From SAR86 cluster bacterium AG-313-N18 (GTDB taxonomy: Bacteria > Pseudomonadota > Gammaproteobacteria > Magnimaribacterales > D2472), in contig QBVY01000002.1 in the NCBI GenBank assembly GCA_003283765.1, forward strand, positions 34,395 through 98,394: 64,000 bases of DNA. Direction: 5' to 3'. Below are positions 25,025-35,246 of the stretch, one piece after another. A program made the translations under genes and the position numbers. Position 1 is the stretch's first letter; each line of letters opens with the position of its first letter. The notes beneath the pieces were generated by a model. That model searched no databases. It saw only the letters and a list, made by a program, of their open reading frames with translations, and had not been told where the DNA came from.

Positions 25025-26659
25025 TTATTCTATCTTTAGTTTTGAGTTTGCAAGGTTTTGAGCCCATTGATAATTTGGTTTACCTGATGGAGCTCTTTCG
25101 ATTAAATCAGAAAACACTATTTCTTTCGGCATCTTGTAACTGGCTATATATTTTGAGGCGCTTTCTTTTATTTCCTCAATAGACAGATCGACCATTTCTC
25201 TTCTTTGAATCACAGCTACTACTTTTTGCCCCCATGTTTTATCCTTCACGCCAACAACAAGACAATCAAAGATATTTGGATGAGCCTTAAGAGCCATTTC
25301 AACTTCCTCTGGAAATATTTTCTCTCCACCAGAATTAATTGAAACACTCCCCCTACCTAGCAAAGTCATTTGACCATCTTCCTCATATTTAGCCATATCT
25401 CCTGGTATCGAATACCTTTCTCCATTTACTTCAATAAATGTTTTTTCAGATTTTTCTATATCTTTGTAATAAGCAACAGGCACATGACCTTTTCTTGCTA
25501 AATATCCAATTGTTTCTGTATCACTAGGCTGAATAACTTCTAAAGTATCAAGGTTTAAAATTTCACTAAAATTAGGTTTTGTAAATTTTGGGCCCCCGCC
25601 AGAGTCTTTTAATTTTCCATCTTTTGTATGTATATTCACGCCGGTTGCTCCAGTTTCAGAGGACCCAACAGCATCTATTAGGAAAAGATTAGGTAAATAT
25701 TCTAGGATAGTATCTTTGATAGAGGCACTGAAAACAGACGCGGTGCTTGCTAAAACAAATAATGAGGATAGGTCTAAACCTTTCTCCAGTGCAGAGGGGA
25801 GCGCATCACAAAGAGGCCTTCCCATGGCATCACCTGTGATAGTTAGGTTCATTACTTTTTCTTTAGCAATAATTTCCCAAATATAATCCGCATCAAATGA
25901 AATTTGATCATTAATTATAAATTTCCATCCTGAAAAGAAAGCATTAAATGATTGCCATTGAGCGGCACCATGCATTAATGGAGCTAATGCGAGAGCAGTT
26001 GTTTGGTCTTGCAAGCATTTATCTGCAAAAGCTTCGGGTGTAGGATATTTTTCTCCCGTTACCGCATCTATGCCTCCACCGAGTGTCATTAAGACATCTT
26101 CCATGCGCCACACCACTCCCTTTGGCATCCCAGTAGTACCGCCTGTATATAGTATATATTTGTCATCCCCTGATCTTTCAACACTTAGTCTAGAATCGTC
26201 TTCATCTAAAATAAGAGCTTCAAAATCATAACTGCCTTCAATGACATCATCAGCGTCTGAACTATCATTAATACAAATAAAATCCTTTAATACAGGAAGA
26301 TCATTTTTAATATTATTGAGCTTTGCACCAAACTGTTTGTGATAAAACACAGCTTCCATATCAGCATTATCAATCAGATACTTCAGCTCCTCTTCGACAT
26401 ATCTGTAGTTTATATTTATCGGAATAGCGCATAATTTATATGCCCCAAGCATCACCTCTAACCACTCTATACAGTTAAAAGCATAAATTCCTATATGACT
26501 ACCCTTTTTTATCCCAAGTTTTTTTAAGGCATTTGCTGCTTTATTTGTTCTTGCGTCTAATTCCTGATAAGTTAAACGAGTAGATCCTAGAACAACTGCT
26601 TCTCTATCTGGAATCCTATCTACAACCCCCTCAAATATGTCAGCAGCATTAAATTCCAT
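25025..26659 (-). CDS. Acyl-CoA synthetase (FadD19-like AMP-binding enzyme)
   Basis: YTGGTTGMPKG, GSSETG, PGD, GRGSVSINSGGEKIFPEEVE, R.PSGKP.Y.W. Confidence 0.88.
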   Translation of the reverse strand: MEFNAADIFEGVVDRIPDREAVVLGSTRLTYQELDARTNKAANALKKLGIKKGSHIGIYAFNCIEWLEVMLGAYKLCAIPININYRYVEEELKYLIDNADMEAVFYHKQFGAKLNNIKNDLPVLKDFICINDSSDADDVIEGSYDFEALILDEDDSRLSVERSGDDKYILYTGGTTGMPKGVVWRMEDVLMTLGGGIDAVTGEKYPTPEAFADKCLQDQTTALALAPLMHGAAQWQSFNAFFSGWKFIINDQISFDADYIWEIIAKEKVMNLTITGDAMGRPLCDALPSALEKGLDLSSLFVLASTASVFSASIKDTILEYLPNLFLIDAVGSSETGATGVNIHTKDGKLKDSGGGPKFTKPNFSEILNLDTLEVIQPSDTETIGYLARKGHVPVAYYKDIEKSEKTFIEVNGERYSIPGDMAKYEEDGQMTLLGRGSVSINSGGEKIFPEEVEMALKAHPNIFDCLVVGVKDKTWGQKVVAVIQRREMVDLSIEEIKESASKYIASYKMPKEIVFSDLIERAPSGKPNYQWAQNLANSKLKIE

Positions 26660-28233
26660 TAGACTTTAGCAGAATGATTTTCCCAATAGGGATCCCTCAA
26701 CCTTCTTTTATATAACTTGCCATTTTCATCTCTAGGCAGTTTTTCAATAAAATCTATGCTTCTGGGTAATTTCATTTTTGCAAGATTTTCCTGAGCAAAC
26801 TTCATTAATTCAGCAAGCAATTCATCAGAGGAATGATAATTTTTATTCAGTTCTATCACTGCTTTAACTTCTTCTCCCCATTCTTCATTGGGAATTCCAA
26901 ATACAGCAACATCTGCAATGGCAGGGTGCATTAGAAATGCACTCTCAATCTCAGCTGGGTATATGTTGGCTCCACCTGAGATAATCATATCTATCTTCCT
27001 GTCACATAAAAATAAATACCCTTCATCATTTAAATACCCTATGTCCCCAACAGTAAAATAAACCTGATCATCAAAAACCAGCCTTTCTTTTTTTGTTTTA
27101 GCTTGATCGCCTTTGTACTCAAATTTTGTTGCTTCACCAAGCTTCATAAAGACTGTGCCTTGATTATCAGGTTTAGCCTCAGTCTCATCATCGTTAATGA
27201 TTTTTATTTCAGCGCCTGGCCATGCCTTACCAACCGTTCCTGGAAACTTAGACCATGAGCTAGCATCGACAACTGTTCCGCCTCCTTCTGTAGCAGCATA
27301 ATATTCCCATATGGAATTTCCCCACCATTCAATCATTGCTTGCTTGGTATGAATTGGGCAGGGTGCTGCAGCATGTATCATGGCCCGAGTTGATGAGCAA
27401 TCATATTTTGCTTTGATTTCATCGGGAAGCTGCAACAATCTATGAAATTGAGTGGGAACCATATGACTTGTTGTAACTTTGTATTTATCAATTAGGTAAA
27501 GCATCTGCTCCGCATCAAATTTTTCCATCAACACGACAGAATGCCCATAATGTAATGCTGCTGAAGAGTGAACTAAGACTGCAGTGTGATACAAAGGTGA
27601 CCCAACGATGTGAACATTATTTTCTTGCGGTTGAATTTCAAAGAAGCTAAGTATCATTGCAAACATACTTAAAACGTCATCAGGATCTCCAGGAATTAAT
27701 GCACGTTTTACGCCTTTAGGCTTTCCAGTTGTTCCAGATGTATAGTTCATAACTTGACCCGCAGTTCTTCCTTCTGGGTTGGCAATTGGTTGAGAGCTTA
27801 TAAATTCATCTAAATGAGTAAAGCCACTCATTGGAGTTGTACTTATGCACCCTTTCTCTGGAAAATTAATAGCTGAAACTGCTTTTTGACAAGCCTCTTC
27901 CATGGCAGGCACTTCACCAGAGGCTATGAATGCTTTAGCTCCTGAATCTTCAAGAATATATGCAATCTCTGGTCCAGCTAGATGCCAATTAATAGGAACC
28001 ATATAAAAACCGGATTGCGCACAAGCCAAATAAGCTATGTAGTATTCAACTGAGTTAGGTAATACAGTTGCCACCACGTCACCACTCTTAACCCCAAACT
28101 CTCTCAATGCGTGAGTTAATTGATTAGTTTTTGCAAGCAGCTCACCTCTCGTCCAAATCTTTTCTGACGGTTCGACTATAGCAATTTCATCTGGGTGTGA
28201 ATTCGCAAATCTATAAAAACCCAATTCACTCAT
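26659..28233 (-). CDS. Acyl-CoA synthetase (long-chain fatty acid--CoA ligase-like)
   Basis: YTSGTTGKPKG, SPLYH, EYYAATEGG, GDIG, MIISGGANIYPAEIE, GKLYKR. Confidence 0.9.
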   Translation of the reverse strand: MSELGFYRFANSHPDEIAIVEPSEKIWTRGELLAKTNQLTHALREFGVKSGDVVATVLPNSVEYYIAYLACAQSGFYMVPINWHLAGPEIAYILEDSGAKAFIASGEVPAMEEACQKAVSAINFPEKGCISTTPMSGFTHLDEFISSQPIANPEGRTAGQVMNYTSGTTGKPKGVKRALIPGDPDDVLSMFAMILSFFEIQPQENNVHIVGSPLYHTAVLVHSSAALHYGHSVVLMEKFDAEQMLYLIDKYKVTTSHMVPTQFHRLLQLPDEIKAKYDCSSTRAMIHAAAPCPIHTKQAMIEWWGNSIWEYYAATEGGGTVVDASSWSKFPGTVGKAWPGAEIKIINDDETEAKPDNQGTVFMKLGEATKFEYKGDQAKTKKERLVFDDQVYFTVGDIGYLNDEGYLFLCDRKIDMIISGGANIYPAEIESAFLMHPAIADVAVFGIPNEEWGEEVKAVIELNKNYHSSDELLAELMKFAQENLAKMKLPRSIDFIEKLPRDENGKLYKRRLRDPYWENHSAKV

Positions 28234-28332
28234 ATGTCTCTCTTTATATATTTATTGAACTCATAATTCTAACTTTCGTAATCCATTAATGTAACCTAAT
28301 AATATAAATTTCTATGTAATAATGATTCCCAA

Positions 28333-29055
28333 ATGGACAGCCTACTTACCAATTTAAATCAAGAAACTTTATGGTTATTGGTTGTTTTTTACGATTTATC
28401 ACTTGCTATTTTTCTATTTAGGTTCTTTGGTAAGTATGGTTTGTATTGCGCTGTAATCCTTGGAATAGTCCTAGGAAACCTGCAAGGGGGAAAAGTAAGT
28501 GAATTAACCCTATTTGGAATGCAGTTCAATGTCAGTATGGGCGCAATTCTATACTCAGGTATTTACTTTGCCACAGATCTTTTAAATGAGAAATTTGGGA
28601 AAGATGAAGCTAATAGAGCAGTCATGCTTGGATTTGTTGCAAACATAGCAGTCATGCTGACCTTAGTGCTGAGTACCAAGTTTCTACCTTCTGACTTAAC
28701 TGGATCGGCCGCAGAGGTCCATGAGGCAATTTCTGTTCTTGCGTTTTATTCGCCTATTTTTATTATTGGCTCTCTTACGGCATATCTTGTGAGTCAAAGA
28801 TTTGATGTATGGTTTTTTCATTACCTAAAGAACCTAACGAATGGAAAAAAACTATGGCTTAGAAATAATCTTTCTACCATGGCATCCCAACTAATAGATA
28901 CCCTTATATATCAATTTACCTGGGTTCTTGCTACAGATTTAACATTTACCCAAGCTTTTGCCATCTCAATAGCAAAATACGTCATCAAGGTTTTGATAGC
29001 CCTTATAGATACGATATTTATATATTGGGTAAGAAATTGGGAAATTAAATCATAG
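28333..29055 (+). CDS. yhhQ: Queuosine precursor transporter (YhhQ/VUT family)
   Basis: ATDLLNEKFG, GSL.AYLVSQ.FDV..F, LWLRNN.ST..SQLIDT. Confidence 0.85.
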   Translation: MDSLLTNLNQETLWLLVVFYDLSLAIFLFRFFGKYGLYCAVILGIVLGNLQGGKVSELTLFGMQFNVSMGAILYSGIYFATDLLNEKFGKDEANRAVMLGFVANIAVMLTLVLSTKFLPSDLTGSAAEVHEAISVLAFYSPIFIIGSLTAYLVSQRFDVWFFHYLKNLTNGKKLWLRNNLSTMASQLIDTLIYQFTWVLATDLTFTQAFAISIAKYVIKVLIALIDTIFIYWVRNWEIKS

Positions 29056-29111
29056 TTTAGAAAACTCTTGTATGGATTATACTTATAGTAAAAGAAATAC
29101 TACTCAAACAT

Positions 29112-29510
29112 ATGTCTAAGAAATCGAAAGAGCAACTGCGAAATGAACTTTCACCTGAGTCTTATTATGTAACTCAGGAAAGTGGGACAGAGCGACCTTT
29201 CACAGGTCAGTATTGGGATCACGTTGATGATGGGGTTTACACTTGTATTTGCTGTGGCGAAACACTTTTTAAATCTGAAACAAAATTTGATGCAGGCTGT
29301 GGCTGGCCTAGTTTTTATGAAGCTGCAAATAACAAAAAAATTAATGAATTAGAGGATCATTCCCTTTCAAGAGTTAGAACAGAGATTAGATGTTCAAAGT
29401 GTGATGCGCATCTTGGCCATGTTTTTACAGATGGCCCGCAGCCTACTGGTTTGAGGTATTGCGTCAATTCTGCTGCTATAGATTTTGAAAAAGACACATC
29501 TTCAAATTAA
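29112..29510 (+). CDS. msrB: Peptide methionine-R-sulfoxide reductase
   Basis: GTERPFTG, KFDAGCGWPSF, HLGHVF.DGP, RYCVNS; two CxxC motifs. Confidence 0.97.
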   Translation: MSKKSKEQLRNELSPESYYVTQESGTERPFTGQYWDHVDDGVYTCICCGETLFKSETKFDAGCGWPSFYEAANNKKINELEDHSLSRVRTEIRCSKCDAHLGHVFTDGPQPTGLRYCVNSAAIDFEKDTSSN

Positions 29511-31058
29511 GTGACCGACAAAACTGCTTCTCATCTAAATTTTTTCTCGACCATTAAGGTAGGTGGTTGGACCTTTATTTCAAGAGTGGCTGGTTTAATA
29601 AGGGATATCTTTACAACCAATCTCCTTGGAGCAAGTATATTTCATGATATTTTTGTAGTTGTACTTAAAATTCCTAATGTTTTTAGAAAGTTCTTTGCTG
29701 AAGGTGCATTTAGCCAAGCTTTTATTCCAATTTATTCCGAGTATATAGGCAGCAAAGATGAAAAGGGTAGTCAAGATTTTTTAAATGCTTTATTTGGTAT
29801 TTTGCTCTCAGCACTCTTTATATTTACAGCTTTGGCTTTATTGTTTGCACCAATATTTATTTTGATATTTGCTCCAGGCTTTTACTTTGATATACAAAAA
29901 CAGGATTTAGCTATCAGTCTTTTAAGGATTATGTTTCCTTATCTTGCATTAATTTCTCTTGTTGCTTTTGCGGCAGGCATTCAAAATTCTCATAATAAAT
30001 TCTCTATTCCAGCAATAACTCCCTTAATTTTCAATTTGAGTTTAATTGGTTCAGCATGGCTAGTTGCTCCAAAAATAGATATACCCGTTATGGCTCTTGC
30101 TTGGGGAGTACTTCTAGCAGGATTTCTCCAATTACTTTTTCAGATTGCGCCATTAGCAACGATTAAAAAAATCCCTGTACCAAAAATTGACTTTCAAAAC
30201 CCTGGCGTTAAAAATTTTTTCATTCTTATTCTTCCAGCTATGCTTGCAGGAGGAATAGCTCAAATAAATTTATTAATTGATACTATTTTTGCATCTTTGT
30301 TAATTACGGGCAGTCCAACTTGGCTATATGTTTCAGATAGATTAATACAATTCCCAATGGGAATATTTGCCATCGCTATTGGGACTGTTCTTTTGCCAAG
30401 CCTTTCAAAGGCTTATGCTCAAAAAGAAACTCAAGCTTATATTGAACAGCTTGAGCATGCCTTTAAGTTAGTTTTTTTCCTAGCGATCCCTTCGTTAATT
30501 GGATTGGCTTTATTTGCATCTCCATTGCTATCTACTATTTTTCAAAGAGGGGCTTTTTTGTGGAGTGACGTTCAGCAGGCAAGCTTGAGTTTGATAGGTT
30601 TTTCATTTGGATTGCCCTTTTTTATGGCCATGAAAGTATTGGTTCCAGCATTTTTTTCTAGGCAAAATACCAAAACTCCTATGTTAATAGCATTTTTAAG
30701 TTTATTGATAAATATATGTCTGAACTATCTACTAGCATTTTATTTTGGTTTAGGCCATCTAGGTTTAGCAATTGCAAGCTCTATTTCAGCAATAGTCAGT
30801 GTAATAATTTTAAGCCTTATATTAAGAAGGGATGGATTGATTTCTTTCTCTGTAATTTTAAGCGCCTTCTCATTTAAAGTGTTAATAGCTAGTATTGCTT
30901 TAATATCTTTTTTATCAATTTTCAATCAATATTTTGATTTTGAATTATTTACTCAAGCTCAAAGGCTCATGCATTTAGTTGCTGCTGTTATTGGCTCATT
31001 AATAATTTATTTTGGAGCGAGTTTTTTGTTGGGCGTTAGGCCAGCTGATTTTAAATAA
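29511..31058 (+). CDS. murJ: Lipid II flippase MurJ (MviN)
   Basis: SRVAGLIRD, PNVFRKFFAEGAFSQAFIP, DRLIQFP; murJ-ribF synteny. Confidence 0.95.
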   Translation: MTDKTASHLNFFSTIKVGGWTFISRVAGLIRDIFTTNLLGASIFHDIFVVVLKIPNVFRKFFAEGAFSQAFIPIYSEYIGSKDEKGSQDFLNALFGILLSALFIFTALALLFAPIFILIFAPGFYFDIQKQDLAISLLRIMFPYLALISLVAFAAGIQNSHNKFSIPAITPLIFNLSLIGSAWLVAPKIDIPVMALAWGVLLAGFLQLLFQIAPLATIKKIPVPKIDFQNPGVKNFFILILPAMLAGGIAQINLLIDTIFASLLITGSPTWLYVSDRLIQFPMGIFAIAIGTVLLPSLSKAYAQKETQAYIEQLEHAFKLVFFLAIPSLIGLALFASPLLSTIFQRGAFLWSDVQQASLSLIGFSFGLPFFMAMKVLVPAFFSRQNTKTPMLIAFLSLLINICLNYLLAFYFGLGHLGLAIASSISAIVSVIILSLILRRDGLISFSVILSAFSFKVLIASIALISFLSIFNQYFDFELFTQAQRLMHLVAAVIGSLIIYFGASFLLGVRPADFK

Positions 31059-32002
31059 TGTATTTAATTAGAGGAATAGGAAATATAGGAACTTTTCATA
31101 AAAAGTTTCCAAACCAGTCAATGAGTGGAACTATTGGAAATTTTGATGGGTTACATTTAGGACACCAAGCGATACTAAATCAGGTAAAAAATAAAGCTAT
31201 GCAAAGCTCAAGCTCGTCATTGGTCTTTTTTACAGAACCGCATGCATCTGAGTATTTTGCAGCTAAAGATGAGAATTTTGTGGCACCTCCAAGGATTTGC
31301 CCTTGGAGGGAAAAAGTTAAATTACTTAAAAATTTTGGAATAGACTATGCTTTTTTTCTTCAATTCAATAGATCTCTTAAAGCAATGACCCCTCAGAACT
31401 TTCTTGATGAAGTTTTAGCTCAACTCAATTTAAAACATTTAATCATCGGTGACGATTTTCGATTTGGAGCTCAGCGAGCAGGTGATTTTGAGCTATTAAA
31501 AAATTGGGGAAAAATTAATGGAACAGAGGTAATTGCCAATCAGACAGTATCGCATCATGGCAAAAGAGTAAGTTCTACTAGAATAAGAGAGGCTTTGCTG
31601 CAAAGTAACTTTGACTTAGCCGCAGAATTACTCGGGCGACCATATACGTTTTCAGGAAAAGTAGTCTATGGGAAACAGTTGGGAAGGACTATAGGCATTC
31701 CAACAGCAAATCTCTGGATACCAAAACAAAGGTTACCAATAGCTGGAGTTTATGCAGTTAAATGTTTATTAGCTAGAAAGTCATATAATGGAATAGCAAA
31801 TATGGGTATTAGACCAACTGTAGACGGGACTAAACCAGTGCTCGAAATCCATCTATTTAATTTTAGTGAGTCTATATATGGGCAAAGATTAACTGTAGAA
31901 TTCAAAAATAAACTTCGTGACGAGAAGAAATTTGATAATATTGATCTATTGAAAAAACAAATTCTTCAAGACATATCTCAAGCTAAAGAAATACTGGAAT
32001 AA
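31058..32002 (+). CDS. ribF: Bifunctional riboflavin kinase/FAD synthetase
   Basis: IGNFDGLHLGH, GDDFRFG, SSTRIR, GRTIGIPTAN, RPT. Confidence 0.97.
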   Translation: MYLIRGIGNIGTFHKKFPNQSMSGTIGNFDGLHLGHQAILNQVKNKAMQSSSSSLVFFTEPHASEYFAAKDENFVAPPRICPWREKVKLLKNFGIDYAFFLQFNRSLKAMTPQNFLDEVLAQLNLKHLIIGDDFRFGAQRAGDFELLKNWGKINGTEVIANQTVSHHGKRVSSTRIREALLQSNFDLAAELLGRPYTFSGKVVYGKQLGRTIGIPTANLWIPKQRLPIAGVYAVKCLLARKSYNGIANMGIRPTVDGTKPVLEIHLFNFSESIYGQRLTVEFKNKLRDEKKFDNIDLLKKQILQDISQAKEILE

Positions 32003-32008
32003 TTCTCT

Positions 32009-34780
32009 ATGAGTAAAGAATATCGGGATACCTTAAATCTCCCTCAAACTAATTTATCAATGAAAGCTGGTTTGTCTAGAAAAGAGCCAGAAATATTAGA
32101 GTTTTGGAATTCTATTAGCCTCTATCAGAAAATTAGAGAACTTAATGCTCAAAAGGAAAAATTTATTCTGCATGATGGCCCACCATACGCCAATGGAGAT
32201 ATTCATCTGGGCCATGCTGTTAATAAAACACTCAAGGACATAACAATAAAATTCCAAAGCATGCTTGGAAAAGATGCTCCATATGTCCCTGGTTGGGATT
32301 GCCATGGCTTGCCGATTGAATTAAACGTTGAAAAAAAACATGGAAAAGGAAGTGATCTTGTAAGAGATAAAAAATTATTTATTAAAGCTTGTCGTGAATA
32401 TGCTCAATTACAGGTTGATAAGCAAAGAAATGATTTTATTCGGTTGGGAGTACTGGGTGACTGGGAAAATCCATATCTATCATTAAATAAAAGTTTTGAG
32501 GCTGATACTGTTCGTGCACTAGGAAGAATTATTGCAAATGGGCATCTTGAACAAGGTGAAAAACCTGTTCATTTTTGTATGGATTGCAGATCAGCACTAG
32601 CAGAAGCTGAAGTAGAGTATATGGACAAAAAATCTCATTCTATCGATGTTAAATTCAAAGTATTGCCACAATCTTTAGCATCGCTTTGCTCATCATTTCA
32701 AGTTGAAAAAACTGAAGAGGTTTACTTTGTTATATGGACGACAACCCCATGGACCATTCCATCAAATGTAGCAGTATGCATCCATGAGGATATTGAATAT
32801 GTTTTTATTAAAGGTAATAACGATCATTTTATTATTGCTAAAGATCTATTAGATGAATGTTCCGATAGATGGGGTTTTGAACTAGAGATCCTTGGATCTG
32901 TTTTAGGTAAAGAAATCACAGATATCACAATGACTCACCCTTTGTATAAAAGAGAATCAAGGCTGCTACACGGAGATCATGTCACCACTGAAAGTGGAAC
33001 AGGATGTGTACATACAGCTCCAGCGCATGGGCTGGATGATTACTTCATATGTATAAAGAATGGCCTTGAATCTGTTAAGGCTTTAGATAATCGTGGCATT
33101 TTTAAAGAAGAATATGGCCGATTAAGTGGGTTAAGTACTAAAAAGGGGGACCCAATAGTCATTGAGTTATTGCAAGACAATAATGCATTGCTAGCTCATC
33201 AAGAATATGATCATTCGTATCCTCACTGTTGGAGGCATAAGTCACCTGTTATTTTTATGTCAACTCCTCAGTGGTTCATTTCAATGAATAAATCAGGTCT
33301 TTGTGATGGAGCAGTGAGCGCAGTTAAGGATGTTAATTGGGAGCCGAGCTGGGGAGAGGATCGCATTCTTTCAATGCTCGAAGATCGTCCTGATTGGTGC
33401 ATCTCAAGACAAAGGAATTGGGGAGTTCCAATAACTTTAATTATTCATAATGAAACAGGTGAGATACACCCCAAACAGAACCTTCTTTTTAATCAAATTG
33501 CAGATGTAATTGAGAAAGAGGGTATCGAGGGATGGGACGATTTAAACCTAGATTCATTAATCGATGATGCTGAGTTTTATTCTAAAGTTCACGATACTTT
33601 AGACGTTTGGTTTGACTCGGGTGTAACGCATATGTGTGTGTTAGATAAGTTATATGGCGCAGATGTGGTTGCAGATCTCTATCTTGAAGGGTCAGATCAG
33701 CATAGGGGGTGGTTTCAATCATCACTACTGACTGGAATTGCAACAAATGGCATGGCTCCTTATCGCTCCGTTTTAACCCATGGATTTGTAGTAGATAACG
33801 AGGGAAGAAAACAATCTAAATCTTTGGGTAATACTATTTCACCTCAAAAAATTTGGGATACATTGGGCGCTGATATTTTAAGACTATGGATTGCCTCAAC
33901 AGATTTTAGAAGTGAAATGGTAGCTTCTGATGAGATATTTAAGAGGGTCTCAGATCAGTATAGAAGAATTAGAAATACTTTCAGATTCTTATTGGGCAAC
34001 ATCAATGACTTTGATGTAAATAAGGATTCTATTGAGCTAGATAATTTACTTGAACTTGATAAATGGATTTTGCGTGAACTTGCTCTTTTGCAACAGGATG
34101 TAAAGGAATTATATGAAGCATATTCATATCACCAAGTTGTTCAGAGAATACATAACTTTTGTGTAAATCAATTAGGTGGTATTTATTTAGATATTATCAA
34201 AGATAGGCAATACACGACCCAGCAAGACTCTGAAATAAGAAGATCTGCTCAAACTGCAATGCAACTAATTGTTAATCAGCTAGTTGTATTAATCGCGCCT
34301 GTTCTATCTTTTACAGCTGAGGAGATATGGCAAGGCAATGACTTTCTTTTGGCAGAAGCAGACTCAGTGTTTTTAACGACCTTAAAAGAGTTAGAAAGTT
34401 TTAACAGCGAACTTTCAAATACAGATTGGAAGAGAATGTTGGAGATTAAAGAAGAGGTTAATCAAAGCATTGAAGAGTCTAGAGTTGCTGGAGTTATAAA
34501 GGGCTCATTAGATGCATCAATTGAGTTAGTTCTTAATTCTGATGATTTTAACTTGGCAAATAAGCTTGCATCAGAAATGCACTTCTTTTTAATAGTTTCA
34601 GAGTGCAATATTCTTCAAGGAGAATCTTTAAAAATATCTGTATCTAAATCATCTGCGGAAAAATGCGTGAGATGTTGGCATAGGAATAAATCAGTTGGTT
34701 CAAGTAAAAAGCATCCAGAATTATGTAATAGGTGTGTAGAAAACTTAGATGGTCCAGGAGAGGATAGAAGATTTGCTTAG
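32009..34780 (+). CDS. ileS: Isoleucine--tRNA ligase (type 1)
   Basis: PPYANGDIHLGH, WTTTPWT, DWCISRQR, EGSDQHRGWF, KQSKS; C-terminal Zn finger CVRC...CNRC. Confidence 0.98.
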   Translation: MSKEYRDTLNLPQTNLSMKAGLSRKEPEILEFWNSISLYQKIRELNAQKEKFILHDGPPYANGDIHLGHAVNKTLKDITIKFQSMLGKDAPYVPGWDCHGLPIELNVEKKHGKGSDLVRDKKLFIKACREYAQLQVDKQRNDFIRLGVLGDWENPYLSLNKSFEADTVRALGRIIANGHLEQGEKPVHFCMDCRSALAEAEVEYMDKKSHSIDVKFKVLPQSLASLCSSFQVEKTEEVYFVIWTTTPWTIPSNVAVCIHEDIEYVFIKGNNDHFIIAKDLLDECSDRWGFELEILGSVLGKEITDITMTHPLYKRESRLLHGDHVTTESGTGCVHTAPAHGLDDYFICIKNGLESVKALDNRGIFKEEYGRLSGLSTKKGDPIVIELLQDNNALLAHQEYDHSYPHCWRHKSPVIFMSTPQWFISMNKSGLCDGAVSAVKDVNWEPSWGEDRILSMLEDRPDWCISRQRNWGVPITLIIHNETGEIHPKQNLLFNQIADVIEKEGIEGWDDLNLDSLIDDAEFYSKVHDTLDVWFDSGVTHMCVLDKLYGADVVADLYLEGSDQHRGWFQSSLLTGIATNGMAPYRSVLTHGFVVDNEGRKQSKSLGNTISPQKIWDTLGADILRLWIASTDFRSEMVASDEIFKRVSDQYRRIRNTFRFLLGNINDFDVNKDSIELDNLLELDKWILRELALLQQDVKELYEAYSYHQVVQRIHNFCVNQLGGIYLDIIKDRQYTTQQDSEIRRSAQTAMQLIVNQLVVLIAPVLSFTAEEIWQGNDFLLAEADSVFLTTLKELESFNSELSNTDWKRMLEIKEEVNQSIEESRVAGVIKGSLDASIELVLNSDDFNLANKLASEMHFFLIVSECNILQGESLKISVSKSSAEKCVRCWHRNKSVGSSKKHPELCNRCVENLDGPGEDRRFA

Positions 34781-35246
34781 CATCAAACAAGGCTATCTTA
34801 TAATATTTTTCTTGATAGTAATTGACTTAGTGTCAAAATTTATAGCTGAAGAAAATCTAGTCTTTGGACAGGCAATTGCGCTGATACCAATATTAGACTT
34901 ATTGCTGGTATTCAATTCAGGCATAGCTTTTAGTATTTTTGATTTTAATGATTATGTATTTAGTTTTGGTTTATCTCTCCTTGGATTAATGATTGTTGCT
35001 TATCTTCATTCACTATATAAAAGTGAAGACTCCTATATAAATCGACTTTCTTTGATCTTGATTATTGCCGGAGCGCTTGGAAATATTCTTGATAGATTGC
35101 CAGATGGGGAGGTAACTGATTTTTTATTTTTTCATGTTGGTAATACATCATTTTTTATTTTTAATTTTGCTGATGCTTTTATTTCAATTGGCGCTACATT
35201 ATTTTTCTTGACGGAGTTTAAAAAATTTCTTCAAAATAGAACATGA
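34773..35246 (+). CDS. lspA: Lipoprotein signal peptidase
   Basis: NSGIAFS, GALGNILDR, VTDF, FNFAD. TTG at 34773 is a plausible start (track gives 34749). Confidence 0.93.
   Translation: MLSIKQGYLIIFFLIVIDLVSKFIAEENLVFGQAIALIPILDLLLVFNSGIAFSIFDFNDYVFSFGLSLLGLMIVAYLHSLYKSEDSYINRLSLILIIAGALGNILDRLPDGEVTDFLFFHVGNTSFFIFNFADAFISIGATLFFLTEFKKFLQNRT

Noticed and set aside
28234-28332. preQ1 riboswitch upstream of yhhQ
   Set aside because: AT-rich divergent promoter region with no recognisable preQ1 stem/loop consensus; a covariance-model search would be needed to exclude it fully.
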